A stretch of DNA of 64,000 nucleotides from an uncultured Methanoregulaceae archaeon (GTDB taxonomy: Archaea; Halobacteriota; Methanomicrobia; Methanomicrobiales; Methanospirillaceae). The position numbers and the translations under genes were made by a program. Position 1 is the first letter of the stretch; the number at the start of each line of letters is the position of its first letter. Below the pieces are notes generated by a model. It was not told the DNA's origin and did no database searches. It saw nothing but the letters and a program-made list of their open reading frames with translations. Below, one piece after another: positions 10,468 through 21,293 of the stretch. The stretch spans positions 704,001 through 768,000 of the forward strand of contig OY970061.1 in the NCBI GenBank assembly GCA_963705255.1, in the 5' to 3' direction.

Positions 10468-11511
10468 ATGGCAAAGATGATTGCATCCCCCCATTCACTT
10501 GCCACCGGCGTAGGCGCGCTCCCCCATACCGATCCGGTCGAAGCGTGTGACGATGTGCTTGCCGTCTTCCCGGAGTTCCCGTACATACCCACCCTCCCGG
10601 ACCGGGGCCAGCTGGAGAGCATCGTCTTCAACGACTCCGAGCAGCTACCGGGACGGGTTATCCGGGAAGACCGGCTCCTCTTCGACAGCACCCGGGATCA
10701 GACTGCAGCAATGGAATCCGTGTACATGGACTATGTCGAAGGCAATTATGCCGCGTACGGCCTTCACCGGGAATATGCCTCTGCTTTCATCGAGATGATG
10801 TCCCGCCGGTTGCCGGCCGTTCAGGCGCTCAAGTGCCAGGTGACCGGACCGGTCACGTTCGGGATGCAGGTCGTTGACGCGAACAAGCGGCCCATCTACT
10901 ACGATACCCAGCTCGCCGACGTCCTGTCCAAGATGATCGCCCTCAAGGCCCGCTGGTGCGAGGAGGAGATGAAGAAGAAGACCGGCGTGTCCGGGACCCT
11001 TGTCGTCCTGAACGAACCGTACCTTGCATCGCTCGGCTCTTCGGTCGTGCCGGTAGACCGCGAGAGCGTCAGGACCGGCTGGGAGGACATCGCGGCACTT
11101 GTCGAAGGCGGGCTCGGCGTCCACTGCTGCTCGAACACGGACTGGGAGTTTGTACTTGGCCTCAACCCATCCGTTGTCTCGCTCGATGCCTATGCCACGG
11201 CCAGGGAGTTCCTCCTGTACACGGAAGCCGTCATCTCCTACATGGAACGCGGGGGAGTTGTTGCCTGGGGGATCGTACCCGCGGATTACCGGATCTTTAC
11301 TACGGAGACCGTGGACTCGCTGTATGAGCGCTACCTCGCAATACGATCGCAGCTCACGGCCCGGATGCCGGAAGATCTCTTCGATGCCCAGTCGCTCATA
11401 ACCCCGAGCTGCGGTATCCGGTTTGCCGATCGCAGCGGGTCCCGTGCAATCATGGGAGCAGCAGCCGGGATATCCCGGCGTATCAGGGCAGAAAACCGTG
11501 ACCTGCCATAA
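10468..11511 (+). CDS. core-MetE-type (folate-independent, MesB-like) methionine synthase
   Basis: TGVGALPHTDP N-terminus, KCQVTGPVTFG, NEPYL, Zn ligands GVHCC and ITPSCG; single barrel of ~347 aa. Confidence 0.75.
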   Translation: MAKMIASPHSLATGVGALPHTDPVEACDDVLAVFPEFPYIPTLPDRGQLESIVFNDSEQLPGRVIREDRLLFDSTRDQTAAMESVYMDYVEGNYAAYGLHREYASAFIEMMSRRLPAVQALKCQVTGPVTFGMQVVDANKRPIYYDTQLADVLSKMIALKARWCEEEMKKKTGVSGTLVVLNEPYLASLGSSVVPVDRESVRTGWEDIAALVEGGLGVHCCSNTDWEFVLGLNPSVVSLDAYATAREFLLYTEAVISYMERGGVVAWGIVPADYRIFTTETVDSLYERYLAIRSQLTARMPEDLFDAQSLITPSCGIRFADRSGSRAIMGAAAGISRRIRAENRDLP

Positions 11512-11521
11512 TGGGATCACC

Positions 11522-12289
11522 ATGCCTCAAAAGCCATTCACCATTGCCATCTCCGGGAAAGGCGGCACCGGAAAGACGACCATCAGTTCGCTCCTCGTCC
11601 GCTCCTTCATCGAACTGGGGGAGGCACCGGTCCTTGCCGTGGACGCGGACCCGAATGCCAACCTCCACGAGGCCCTCGGCGTCACCGTCCGCGAGACGCT
11701 CGGGAGCATGCGGGAGGAGGCGTTCACCCGCACCATTCCCCCGGGCATGAACCGGCACGACTATGTGAAATACCGTTTCCGGCAGGCCCTTGTCGAAGCC
11801 GAAGGGTTCGACCTGGCTGCCATGGGAAGGCCTGAAGGGAGCGGGTGCTACTGTTTTGCCAATGATCTGCTCTCGGAATGCATGCTGAATCTTGAACGGG
11901 ACTATCACTTCATTGTCATTGATACCGAAGCAGGCATGGAGCACATCAGCCGGGGGACTATCGGGAAACCGGATATGCTCCTTATCGTGAGCGACCCCGG
12001 GGCCCGCGGGCTCCGCACGATCTCACGTATCCGGGAGATCGCGACCCAGCTGGGCCTTGAGAATGGGAAGATCCATATCGTATTCAACCGGTACAAATCC
12101 GGCACAGCCCCGGTCGACATCGGGGACGAGTCGCCAATAGCGATTGTCCCGGACGATCCTGCGGTCGAGAGCGCCGACCTTGCAGCTTCCCCGGTGTCGC
12201 TGATCCCGGCCGGAAGTCCTGCCCGGATCGCGGTGCGGGCACTTGCCGAGAAGATACGGGCGATGGCACGGGAAAAGGGCGGCAGGTAA
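11522..12289 (+). CDS. cooC: CooC/AcsF nickel-insertion ATPase
   Basis: SGKGGTGKTT, VDADPN, GSGCYC, DTEAGMEH. Confidence 0.92.
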   Translation: MPQKPFTIAISGKGGTGKTTISSLLVRSFIELGEAPVLAVDADPNANLHEALGVTVRETLGSMREEAFTRTIPPGMNRHDYVKYRFRQALVEAEGFDLAAMGRPEGSGCYCFANDLLSECMLNLERDYHFIVIDTEAGMEHISRGTIGKPDMLLIVSDPGARGLRTISRIREIATQLGLENGKIHIVFNRYKSGTAPVDIGDESPIAIVPDDPAVESADLAASPVSLIPAGSPARIAVRALAEKIRAMAREKGGR

Positions 12290-12364
12290 TGATGGGTTTG
12301 AATTGGGAAATTTCTCATAAAAATTATTTCATAGGTTCTTGAGATAGTGCGATAATCTATACTG

Positions 12365-12511
12365 ATGGGGCTTATTCCTTTATACCCCTAATTAGGATGA
12401 ACGCCGCCGCCCCCGGCGGGGCGCCCCCGCGGCGGATCGATTACCTGAAAAATTCTAAAACACGTCCCTGCCCCGCCGTGCCTCGGAGAGGCCCTGAGGC
12501 GGGGAACCCTC
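12365..12511 (+). repeat. structured intergenic repeat, copy 1
   Basis: Shares GCCGCCGCCCC..CGCGGCGG..ATTAC..TGCYCCGCCGT..GGCCCTGAGGCGGGGAACCCTC with 25798-25911 and 45502-45692. Confidence 0.9.
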
Positions 12512-12625
12512 ACAATTTTTCCTATCTTTACTATTTTTATAGTTCTGGCGTGAACTGAATTTGTTCAGATCCATTTCTTGCTTCGGTATTTATCAATCAA
12601 AAAAATATCCAAAAAGATAAACTCC

Positions 12626-13168
12626 CTACAAAAATACGGCCGCTGCAATGGTGGTCGTCCAGAGGCCGTTCTTGTCCCCCTCGGCCGACTGGCAGATATG
12701 CTTGGTCTTGATGATCTTGCCGCTCGCCTTGTAGATCTGTTCCCGCTCCTGCCATGCGAGGCTGACATCGAACTCGATCCCGAGGGTCGTTGCCAGCATG
12801 GTGGCGGCCAGGTCCTCGGCATATTCCCCGGTCTTCTGCTGGGTCTCGCCGAATGCATGGTGTTCCGACAGATAACCATATTCTTCCGAGTCGCTGGGAA
12901 GGGCAAGCCCGATGGCAGACGAGACGAGACGGTTCGGCTCATTGGTCTCGTTCCTTGCCATGACACAGAACGTCATGGCCCCCGGGGCCAGTTTTTTCAG
13001 TCCCATCGACCGGGTGATCTGTCTGCATTTCGGCGGGAAGATACTCGAGACATAGACGAGGTTGCACTTCTCTATGCCCGCTTTCCGCAGTGCCAGTTCG
13101 AATGACGCCAGACGATCTTTATGGACACCTACACCCTTGGTGAAAAAGATCTTTGTCGGAACATACAT
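12626..13168 (-). CDS. pdaD: pyruvoyl-dependent arginine decarboxylase
   Basis: [36 protein letters not shown] cleavage-site motif; YGYLSEHH. Confidence 0.93.
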   Translation of the reverse strand: MYVPTKIFFTKGVGVHKDRLASFELALRKAGIEKCNLVYVSSIFPPKCRQITRSMGLKKLAPGAMTFCVMARNETNEPNRLVSSAIGLALPSDSEEYGYLSEHHAFGETQQKTGEYAEDLAATMLATTLGIEFDVSLAWQEREQIYKASGKIIKTKHICQSAEGDKNGLWTTTIAAAVFL

Positions 13169-13304
13169 ATTTTGTAGTTTATCTGTCCCGCTTTTTAAGT
13201 TTTTTATTAAACGGATTATTTTTTAAAAATATCCGATTAGCTTTGGCAGAAAATACCGGATCGCGCTGAAATTCAGGTTTCGGATCAGGAAGAACACATC
13301 CGGA

Positions 13305-14018
13305 TTACAGGACAGGTTCCGAGAGGCTCCTGACGATGGAACGGAGTTCTTCCATGCCGTCGATGATAAAGTCGGCCCCGGCATACTCCCGGGTGGCAGA
13401 GAACCGGTCACCGTACCGGGCATAGACGGTCCTGATCCCAAGGTGCCGGCAGGGTTCGAGGTCCCTCCTCGGGCTGTCCCCGACAAACAACGAATCCGCG
13501 GTACCGGCCCTCAGCATCTCGAGCGCAGAGAGGAACGGTTGTTGTGCAGGTTTCCTGACCTGTACCATATCATACGTGACCATCCCCGCAAAGAACCGGA
13601 TGAGACCCGTTTTTTCCAGGCGAAGCACAGCGTCCCGGGAGTGTGCATCGGTAACGATGCCCATGGCGAGTCCCTGTTCCCGGATCTGCTGCAGGGCGTC
13701 TGCAACCCCGGGATACGGGATGATATTCCTGAGTTTTTCCCGCTCATAGCAATGACAGGCTTTCGTGAAGCTGCCATCGGTCGCCAGCCCGCGTTCTGCC
13801 ATGAACTGCCGGATATTTTCATGGGACTCGAAGCCGTGGGCGGGGGAGAGGAAATACGAGAAGAGTTCGTCCCCGTCATCGTATCCCAGCTGCTCCACAA
13901 CTGCCTGACACGCAGAGATCTGCGCACCAACGAGGTCAAAGAGCGTGTTGTCCATGTCGAACAAAACCGTAGTGACAGGTTTTTGAAGAATTTCCCGGTC
14001 CCGCAAATCACGAATCAC
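13305..14018 (-). CDS. HAD-superfamily hydrolase
   Basis: LFDMDNTL, GIVTD, KP, VGDSPRRD. Confidence 0.88.
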   Translation of the reverse strand: MIRDLRDREILQKPVTTVLFDMDNTLFDLVGAQISACQAVVEQLGYDDGDELFSYFLSPAHGFESHENIRQFMAERGLATDGSFTKACHCYEREKLRNIIPYPGVADALQQIREQGLAMGIVTDAHSRDAVLRLEKTGLIRFFAGMVTYDMVQVRKPAQQPFLSALEMLRAGTADSLFVGDSPRRDLEPCRHLGIRTVYARYGDRFSATREYAGADFIIDGMEELRSIVRSLSEPVL

Positions 14019-14505
14019 GCAGTACTATTATCCCTGATTCACTAAAATTAAATCGCTTGCGGTAAATTATGGAAGTAAAACCGGTCTTCTTTTCAATCTG
14101 CCCGTTACATTGATCGAAATACCCGCAGAAACGCATGGCGGGGCTCACTGATGATGCCGGTCAGGGACTCTCTCTCGTATTTTCCTTCCCGGCAGAGTTG
14201 ATGGCATCGGTCATTATCCCATCGCTCACAGGCCGGTACTTTGCAGGGCGCTCAGGCAGGATTGAAACTATTCGTGTTCCTCGTCAATTCGTCCATCGAA
14301 CTGCGAAAAGCGCACCACAGGAATACCATCGTAATCATTCTTTTCCCCGTTTCTGTCAGTAATATGGGTCATGGCAAAGGTTTTTGCCGGAAGTTCTTTT
14401 TCCGGCTGGATTGCATATGAATATAAATGGCAACAGGTAACCGGTACGTACTACCGGAGTATTTTCATCCGGCACATCGGGGGAATTGGTATTACCGAAG
14501 CGGTC

Positions 14506-14676
14506 ATGGAGCCTGTCATCGCAATTCTGACCGGGGCAGTTCTGATAGCTGCCGGTATCGTCTCCTCCTCAGCGGTGCCACAATGGGCAGGGATCATTCT
14601 GAGTGTCGCCGGTGTTGCAACCGTACTTATCGGGATGATCATGCTGTTCGCCCTTGCACAGCAGGGAAAAAAATAA
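14506..14676 (+). CDS. small two-TM membrane protein
   Basis: 56-aa hydrophobic ORF MEPVIAILTGAVLIAAG..LFALAQQGKK. Confidence 0.55.
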   Translation: MEPVIAILTGAVLIAAGIVSSSAVPQWAGIILSVAGVATVLIGMIMLFALAQQGKK

Positions 14677-14900
14677 CCGGACATGCATCCACGTCCGGTG
14701 CAGCCGGAACAGGTGAACTCCGCCCGGACGACCTTTCCTGGCAGCGACGGGAAGAACGTTCGATACCCGGCAACAGACCCGGGGCCATGACCGTGTCCCG
14801 CTGATGTACGAAAACAGCCGGCCGGGATTGTCATCTCCGGTACAAAATCAAACATTTTACCTCCCGGCTGGACATACAGAATACCTGAGGGCTGTCTTCC

Positions 14901-16217
14901 ATGGACGATATCTTTCTCGTAGAGATCCGCCTCGCCCGGACGAAATGGCGGGTTTCTGAGATGAGCTTCGGGATTGCAGATTCGTTCCATGTGAAGCAGC
15001 ATATGGAGCGGCACCCGCACATCACCCTTTTCGGCCCCCTTGTACTGAAAAACGGATACGGCTCCCGGACGCTGCTCGCAGCGGTCGGACGCGTAGCGCG
15101 GCAATCTCCCCCAGTCCCGTACCTGATCGACGGCTTTGAACAACGGGAGGGCATGCACGGGAGTGTCATCGCATTCCCGGTACTGCCCTCGGATTCCCTC
15201 AGGTACCTCACCTCCCGGATCGCGGAAGAGTTGTCCGTTATCTCGGTCAGCCAGAACGCGTGGGACGAGCACCCGGAGAAAAAATGGTTCCATGTCACGA
15301 TAGCCAACCGGCTCACGCAGAAAAAAGCCTCGGAAATTTTTACCGCCCTAACGTCACCGGTTCCCGCCGCGGGGCCCCGGCATATCCCTCCCCGGGGAAT
15401 CGGCCCGGGGATCCTGTCTGCCCTGAGCCGCATCGTACCTTTCAGGAAACAACCGGTGGCTTTCCTTCCACCGCTCATCGACGATGCCGGCCTCAGGATC
15501 ACCGTTATGAAGGGTCAGCAGATCCTGGCCGAATACGACCTCGTCCGGAGACGCTGGATCATGAACGCGGAGCTCAAAGACATACGGTCGTGGCAGGAGA
15601 CGATATCATGGTACCGGCGTCAGGCCGGTTTTGAAGTGGTACGCCCGGCGGGGCCTTCCGGGGAAGAGATCTTTGTGATCGCGGACCTCCACTTTGGCCA
15701 TGCCAACATCATCCGGTACTGTTCCCGCCCGTTCCTTTTTTCCGATGTAAGAGTCATGGACGAAGTCCTCACCCGGAACTGGAACTGCACGGTGGGTCCC
15801 GGAAACCAGGTATATGTCCTCGGAGACCTCCGGTACGGCAGCCAGGCCCCGCCCGCCCGCCAGTACCTGAAGAACCTCCAGGGCTCCGTCACGTTCATCC
15901 GGGGGAACCATGACAGCCGGGAACTCGGGGCCGTTCCGAGTGCGGTTCTTGAGTACGACGGGTTCAGGTTCCTGCTCGTCCACGACCCGGCAGATGCAAC
16001 CGACGGTTTTGACGGCTGGGTTATCCACGGCCACCACCACAACAACGATCTCCGCTCGTTCCCATTCGTGAACATTGCCGGGCGGCGGATCAATGTAAGT
16101 GCAGAAGTGACCGGGTACGTCCCGGTGGCCCTGGGGGAACTCTGCGCCATCATCCGGAGCAGGCTGGCGACCGGAAGTAACGAACCGATCCTCCTCCGCT
16201 ATCCCTGCGTCCGGTAG
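14901..16217 (+). CDS. 2H phosphoesterase (2'-5' RNA ligase-like) fused to calcineurin-like metallophosphoesterase
   Basis: HITL and HVTI (HxT) motifs in N-half; DLHFGH, LGD, GNHD, HGHHH in C-half. Confidence 0.85.
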   Translation: MDDIFLVEIRLARTKWRVSEMSFGIADSFHVKQHMERHPHITLFGPLVLKNGYGSRTLLAAVGRVARQSPPVPYLIDGFEQREGMHGSVIAFPVLPSDSLRYLTSRIAEELSVISVSQNAWDEHPEKKWFHVTIANRLTQKKASEIFTALTSPVPAAGPRHIPPRGIGPGILSALSRIVPFRKQPVAFLPPLIDDAGLRITVMKGQQILAEYDLVRRRWIMNAELKDIRSWQETISWYRRQAGFEVVRPAGPSGEEIFVIADLHFGHANIIRYCSRPFLFSDVRVMDEVLTRNWNCTVGPGNQVYVLGDLRYGSQAPPARQYLKNLQGSVTFIRGNHDSRELGAVPSAVLEYDGFRFLLVHDPADATDGFDGWVIHGHHHNNDLRSFPFVNIAGRRINVSAEVTGYVPVALGELCAIIRSRLATGSNEPILLRYPCVR

Positions 16218-16304
16218 CTGTCGGGAGGTTGTACGGGCAAAACAGGAAATATCATAACCTTTTTACCTGTCGGACGTGAACTTCCACGAAGGGAGAAAGA
16301 CGAG

Positions 16305-17671
16305 ATGCTGTTCGAACGGGTTGTTTCTGAAGGGCTCGCCCACAATTCCTATCTTGTCGCATCTGCCGGAAGAGCTGCAGTGATCGACCCGCGACGCGAC
16401 GTGGACATCTATGCTGAAACTGCCGCCCGCCATGAACTGGCCATCACCCACATCTTCGAGACGCACCGGAACGAGGATTACGTGAGCGGTTCGCTCGAAC
16501 TCCAGGACCGGTGCGGGGCAGAGATCTATCACGGTCACCGGACGGCTTTCGCATTTGGAAACTCCGTGCATGAGAATGACACATTTACGCTCGGTTCGCT
16601 CGAGCTTGGAGTCCTGGAGACCCCCGGGCATACCGAGGAGAGTATCTCGCTGGTCCTGCGGGACCGTGAAGTCTCCGACCGCCCCTTTATGGTCTTCTGC
16701 GGGGACACCCTCTTTGCCGGCGAGATCGGGCGGACGGACTTCTACGGGCCGGAGAGAAAGCCGAGATGGCTGCAAAGATCCATGACAGCATCCGGAACAA
16801 GATCCTCCCGCTCGGCGATGGCGTGATCGTCTGCCCGGCCCATGGTGCCGGGTCCGTCTGCGGCGGCGAGATAGCGGACCACCCGTTCACAACGGCAGGC
16901 TACGAGCGAGTCACCAATCCCCGGCTGGCTCTTGACCGCGAGACCTTCATCAGGAACCGGGAAGCCGAATCCCCTTACCTCCCACCCTATTTCCGGCAGA
17001 TGGAGATGCAAAACCTCAACGGAGCACCGCTCCTCCACCGGGTCCCGGACCTGCGCCCGCTCTCCATCACAGAAGTGAACCAGTTCCGGAAATCCGGCTG
17101 CCAGATCCTCGATATCCGTTCGCCCACCAGTTTCGGGGCAGGCCACATCCCGGGCAGCATCTCGGTCTGGCGGGACGGGATCCCCGCGTTCATGGGCTGG
17201 TTCTTCGATTATAACCGCCCGGTCGTCATCGTCGACGATTTCAACCTCGCGCTGGAGAGGGTCATCCCCCATCTTGTCCGGCTCGGGTACGACACTATCG
17301 CCGGGTATCTGGCCGGCGGTTTCCCGGCATGGTCCAAAGCGGGGCAGGAGATCGCGACCGTCCCGACCTGCTCGGTCGGACAGATCAGGGACCGTCTTGA
17401 GACAACGACCCCGTTCCTCCTCGACGTGCGGGACATCAGGAACCGGAATGCCGTCGGCCATATCCGCGGGAGCCGCCATATCTATATCGGTGAACTTCCC
17501 GGGCGCCTCGATGAAGTTCCCCGGGACGAACCCGTCTTCGTTTACTGCGATGCCGGTTTCAAAGGGAGCCTGGCTGCCAGTATCCTCTCCCTCCACCATT
17601 ACCATAACGTCACCAACGTGCTCGGGGGCATGAGCGGGTGGAAGCAGGCCGGTTTCAGGATCGAACACTGA
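16305..17671 (+). CDS. MBL-fold hydrolase with two rhodanese domains (frameshift ~16760)
   Basis: ETHRNEDY, TPGHTEES, GDTLF, PAHGAGS; rhodanese LDIR..F.AGHIPG and YCDAGFK. Confidence 0.85.
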
Positions 17672-17741
17672 CGTTTTTGGGCACCAGCGCCAATTGAAAA
17701 GATTTATCGTCTCCTGTTGGGAATCCGGTTGGTGATTGTCT

Positions 17742-18218
17742 ATGGATATCATCAAGATCCCACGGATGGACAAAGCTGAATACGACCGGCTGATCGAGAA
17801 GGGCTACATCTGCCGGATCGCGTTCCAGGGCGAAAAATATCCCTATATTGCCCCGTTCCTCTATGTGTTCGATGGATCATTCCTCTACTTCCTTTCGACG
17901 AAATACGGCAAGAAGATCGAATATTTCCGGAAAAGTCCCTACGTCTCGGTCGAGATCGAGAAGTATACGCGTGACCTCTCGTCGTACACGTTCGTCACAT
18001 TCCAGGGCTATCTCGAAGAAGTTCATGATTCCATCGAGAAGAAGATCATCAGGGAAAAATTCGTAGACCTGGTCGTTGACCGGAACCTCTCCTGCAATAT
18101 CCTTGCCGCGCTCGGCCATTCTCCGGACGACCCGCCCGTGGCGATCGCCGAAGAGGAGCGTTCCCTTGTCTGGAAACTTGTCGGGGTAAAAGACCTCGTG
18201 GCCCTGAAAAATCTCTGA
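17742..18218 (+). CDS. pyridoxamine 5'-phosphate oxidase-like flavin-binding protein
   Basis: ICRIAF....PYIAPFLY, GKKIEY...PYVSVEI. Confidence 0.8.
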   Translation: MDIIKIPRMDKAEYDRLIEKGYICRIAFQGEKYPYIAPFLYVFDGSFLYFLSTKYGKKIEYFRKSPYVSVEIEKYTRDLSSYTFVTFQGYLEEVHDSIEKKIIREKFVDLVVDRNLSCNILAALGHSPDDPPVAIAEEERSLVWKLVGVKDLVALKNL

Positions 18219-18223
18219 AAAGA

Positions 18224-20369
18224 TCATTCCTTCCGTTCTTTTCTCCCCACCAGGAGTTTCCGGAGCATCTCCTCAGGGTCGGTGACCGGTATCGAACACT
18301 GTTGTCCTGAACAGATGTACGCAGTTGCCTTACCATCAGCCATGACAAGATCGCGGGTAAACGGTGCAGCATCTGAAACTGCCGTACCGCTCTCCCCGGA
18401 CGGGAGGCAGAGGACAGTCACCGACGGCAGGTAATTCGCATGCAGTACGGTAATCATGTTCTGCATATCGCCGGAACCGGGCCTCCCGACAAGAACGATC
18501 TCCTGCGACGGCCCTGTTGCGAGATCAAGTCCGCAGAGGAAGAATGCATGTGCAGATGGCGACCGGGCCACGCCATTGATGAAACTGCCGGAGAGGTCAG
18601 AAGCCATTTTCTCGTAACCAGCGTCTCCGGTAAGCCGTGAGAGTCTCAGAAGGTTTGAGAACGCGATGGAGTTGCAGGACGGGTATGCCCCGTCGTGGAT
18701 CTCCTTCCCGCGTACAATCAGCGGCTCCGGGCTCTCCGAAGCCGTAAAGAATCCACCCTTCTCTTTGTCCCAGAAACGGGTGACCAGCGTCCGGTTCAGC
18801 TCAATGGCGGAGGAAAGGAACCGGATGTCAAACGTGGTTTCGTACAGTTCAATGAGCGCAAAGATGACCGATGCATAATCGCCGGCAAATCCCGGTATCC
18901 CTGCATCACCGGAGAAATAGCGGTGGAAGAGACCGCCCTGTGAGTCATGCATGCGCGACAGGACGAACTCCATCGCATCACGTGCCGTATCCAGGTACCG
19001 GGGTTCGTCAAAAGCCCTTGATGCCTGTGCAAGGGCTGCGATGACGAGCCCGTTCCAGTCGGCAAGGATCTTCCCGTCCCGGGACGGGCGGGGGCGGTTC
19101 AGCCGGACAGAGAAGAGCTGTTGCTGGATCGACTTCAGCCTGGCCTCCAGCTCCGGTTCCCTGAGCCCGAGGGAGGCTGCCACCGTACCCAGCGGCACCA
19201 CCCGGGAGAGGATATTCATCCCTTTCCCGTGTTCCGGGCTCTGGAAATTCCCTTCTTTCGTAGCACCATAGATGAGGGAAGCAATCAGGGCATCCTCCGG
19301 TCCCAGCGCCTGGTCCATCTCCGCGACCGTCCAGAGATAAAACCTTCCCTCGCCGCCGGGACTGTCCGCGTCCTCCCCGAAATAAAACGCACCTTCCGGC
19401 GATGACAGGTCGCGCAGGACATAGGCGATGGTCGCTTCCGCTGTCTGGCGGTATGACTGCCGGCGGGTGGCCTGGTATGCCTCCGTGTATGCCATGATAA
19501 GGAGCGCCTGGTCGTAGAGCATCTTCTCAAAATGGGGCACGTTCCACTTTGCATCTGTCGAGTACCCGGTGGAACCCGCCGCCGAGCTGGTCGCAGATCC
19601 CCCCGCCCTGCATCGCGTCGAGGGTCTTCTCAGCCATGGAACGCGCATCCGGGTTACCGGTCCGGGCCCGGTCCCTGAGCAGGAAGAGGAGCGTGTGCGG
19701 GGAGGGAAATTTCGGGGCTCTTCCAAAGCCACCGTTCTCTAGGTCGAACTGGATCTCGAGTTCCCCGAACCCCTCTTCGGGAAGTGAGGCGATCGGGACG
19801 CTGCCGCCCGTCCCCGGGTCCTGAGGCTGGAGCGCCGACGTGATCGTCTCCGCCGACCGCAGAAGATCTTCCCGCTGGTTCTGCCACACGGACGTGATAC
19901 GAGGCAGGAGGTCGACGAGGCCGCCCATGGAGAAACGGCGTTCCTTCGGGATGTAGGTCGCGGCAAAGAACGGTTTTTTGTCCGGAGTCATGACAATGGT
20001 GAGCGGCCACCCGCCCTGCCCGGTCAGCATCTGGCAGACGGCCATGTACACGCTGTCGATATCCGGGCGTTCCTCCCGGTCCACCTTGATGCAGATGAAC
20101 GATTCGTTGAGGAGGGAGGCAACGAACGGGTCCTCGAACGACTCGTGCGCCATGACGTGGCACCAGTGGCAGGTCGAGTACCCGATGGAAAGGAAGACCG
20201 GCTTCTGTTCTGCAGCTGCCCGGGCAAATGCCTCGTCCCCCCAGGGATACCAGTCGACCGGGTTCTCTGCATGCTGGAGGAGGTACGGGCTCTTCGCGTC
20301 TGCCAGGTGGTTGTGCTGTCCGGAGCGTGAACCCTTACCGGTATCTTCCCGTGCAGGATCCCGTTGCAT
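18224..20369 (-). CDS. thioredoxin-domain protein YyaL/SSP411 family (frameshift ~19565)
   Basis: [49 protein letters not shown]. Confidence 0.9.
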
Positions 20370-20499
20370 ACCTGCTCATGGGCAGCGCGGGATAATGAGC
20401 TTATCAGAAGGAGCATTATGATGAGTTTTTCCCGGAGACATCCTCCAGCGACACCTCCCCTTATGTGCCGGAGAAGTCAACCGGAGGTATATCCAACCC

Positions 20500-21219
20500 A
20501 TGATCCCAATCGACTTTCTGACGGTTGTACTGACTGGCATCCTCGTCATCTTCGTATCGAAAGCGCTCGATCTCCTCTGGGCCCGCATGATCACGGTACG
20601 GGGGATGTACCTGCTCGTAAGGGCGCCGGGGATCGTTATCCACGAATGTTCCCATATCCTCGGCTGCCTTCTCACCGGGGCAAAAGTGAAGAATATTGTA
20701 CTGCTTTCAAAAGAGGGCGGTTCAGTCACCTACTCGCCATCTCCCGTCCCGTATCTCGGGGACGTGGTCATCAACACCGCCCCGCTCTTCTGCATTCCTC
20801 TCGTCCTGTACGGCTGCACCTGGATCTTCTCTTCGTATCTCGGGTGCAGTATCCCGGCACTCCCGCCCGTGATCGGTTCTGCGGGTGCGGTGAGCCTCAT
20901 GGCGTCACAGATAGCCGGCATGTTCGCAGCAAACCTGCTGGATCATTTCAATCCATGGTTCCTCGTCTACCTCTACCTGACCGTGAGCCTCGTTCTCTCG
21001 CTTGCCCCGAGCAGGCAGGACATGAAGAACGCAGCTTTCGGGATTGCAATCATCGTCGCAGCAGGCGCGCTCGTCTTCTGGAGCAACTCTATGCCGGCAG
21101 TCAACATCCTCGATACGATCACGGGCGTTATCGGGATAAGCTTCGGGCTTGCGCTCGGGTTCGGCGTTATCGCCCTGGTGATTTCATTACCTCTCCTGAT
21201 TATCTGCGCCTTCCGGTAA
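20500..21219 (+). CDS. M50-like membrane metallopeptidase
   Basis: PGIVIHECSH (HExxH), multiple TM helices, APS.QD. Confidence 0.7.
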   Translation: MIPIDFLTVVLTGILVIFVSKALDLLWARMITVRGMYLLVRAPGIVIHECSHILGCLLTGAKVKNIVLLSKEGGSVTYSPSPVPYLGDVVINTAPLFCIPLVLYGCTWIFSSYLGCSIPALPPVIGSAGAVSLMASQIAGMFAANLLDHFNPWFLVYLYLTVSLVLSLAPSRQDMKNAAFGIAIIVAAGALVFWSNSMPAVNILDTITGVIGISFGLALGFGVIALVISLPLLIICAFR

Positions 21220-21293
21220 TGATAAGGGGATCGCACACCTGACCCCATCTCCATCACTCTTAATTTCTCCGGCGCTCCACCTTTCTCGTACCC

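Noticed and set aside
4488-11523. Long antisense ORFs (568, 443, 389 aa and others) opposite acs genes, and similar ones opposite ABCE1, pan, mutS and 53586-54779
   Set aside because: Shadow frames of GC-rich coding DNA; no motifs, and they overlap well-supported genes
14255-14270. GGATTGAAAC, resembling a CRISPR repeat end
   Set aside because: Single occurrence; no repeat-spacer periodicity or cas genes in the window
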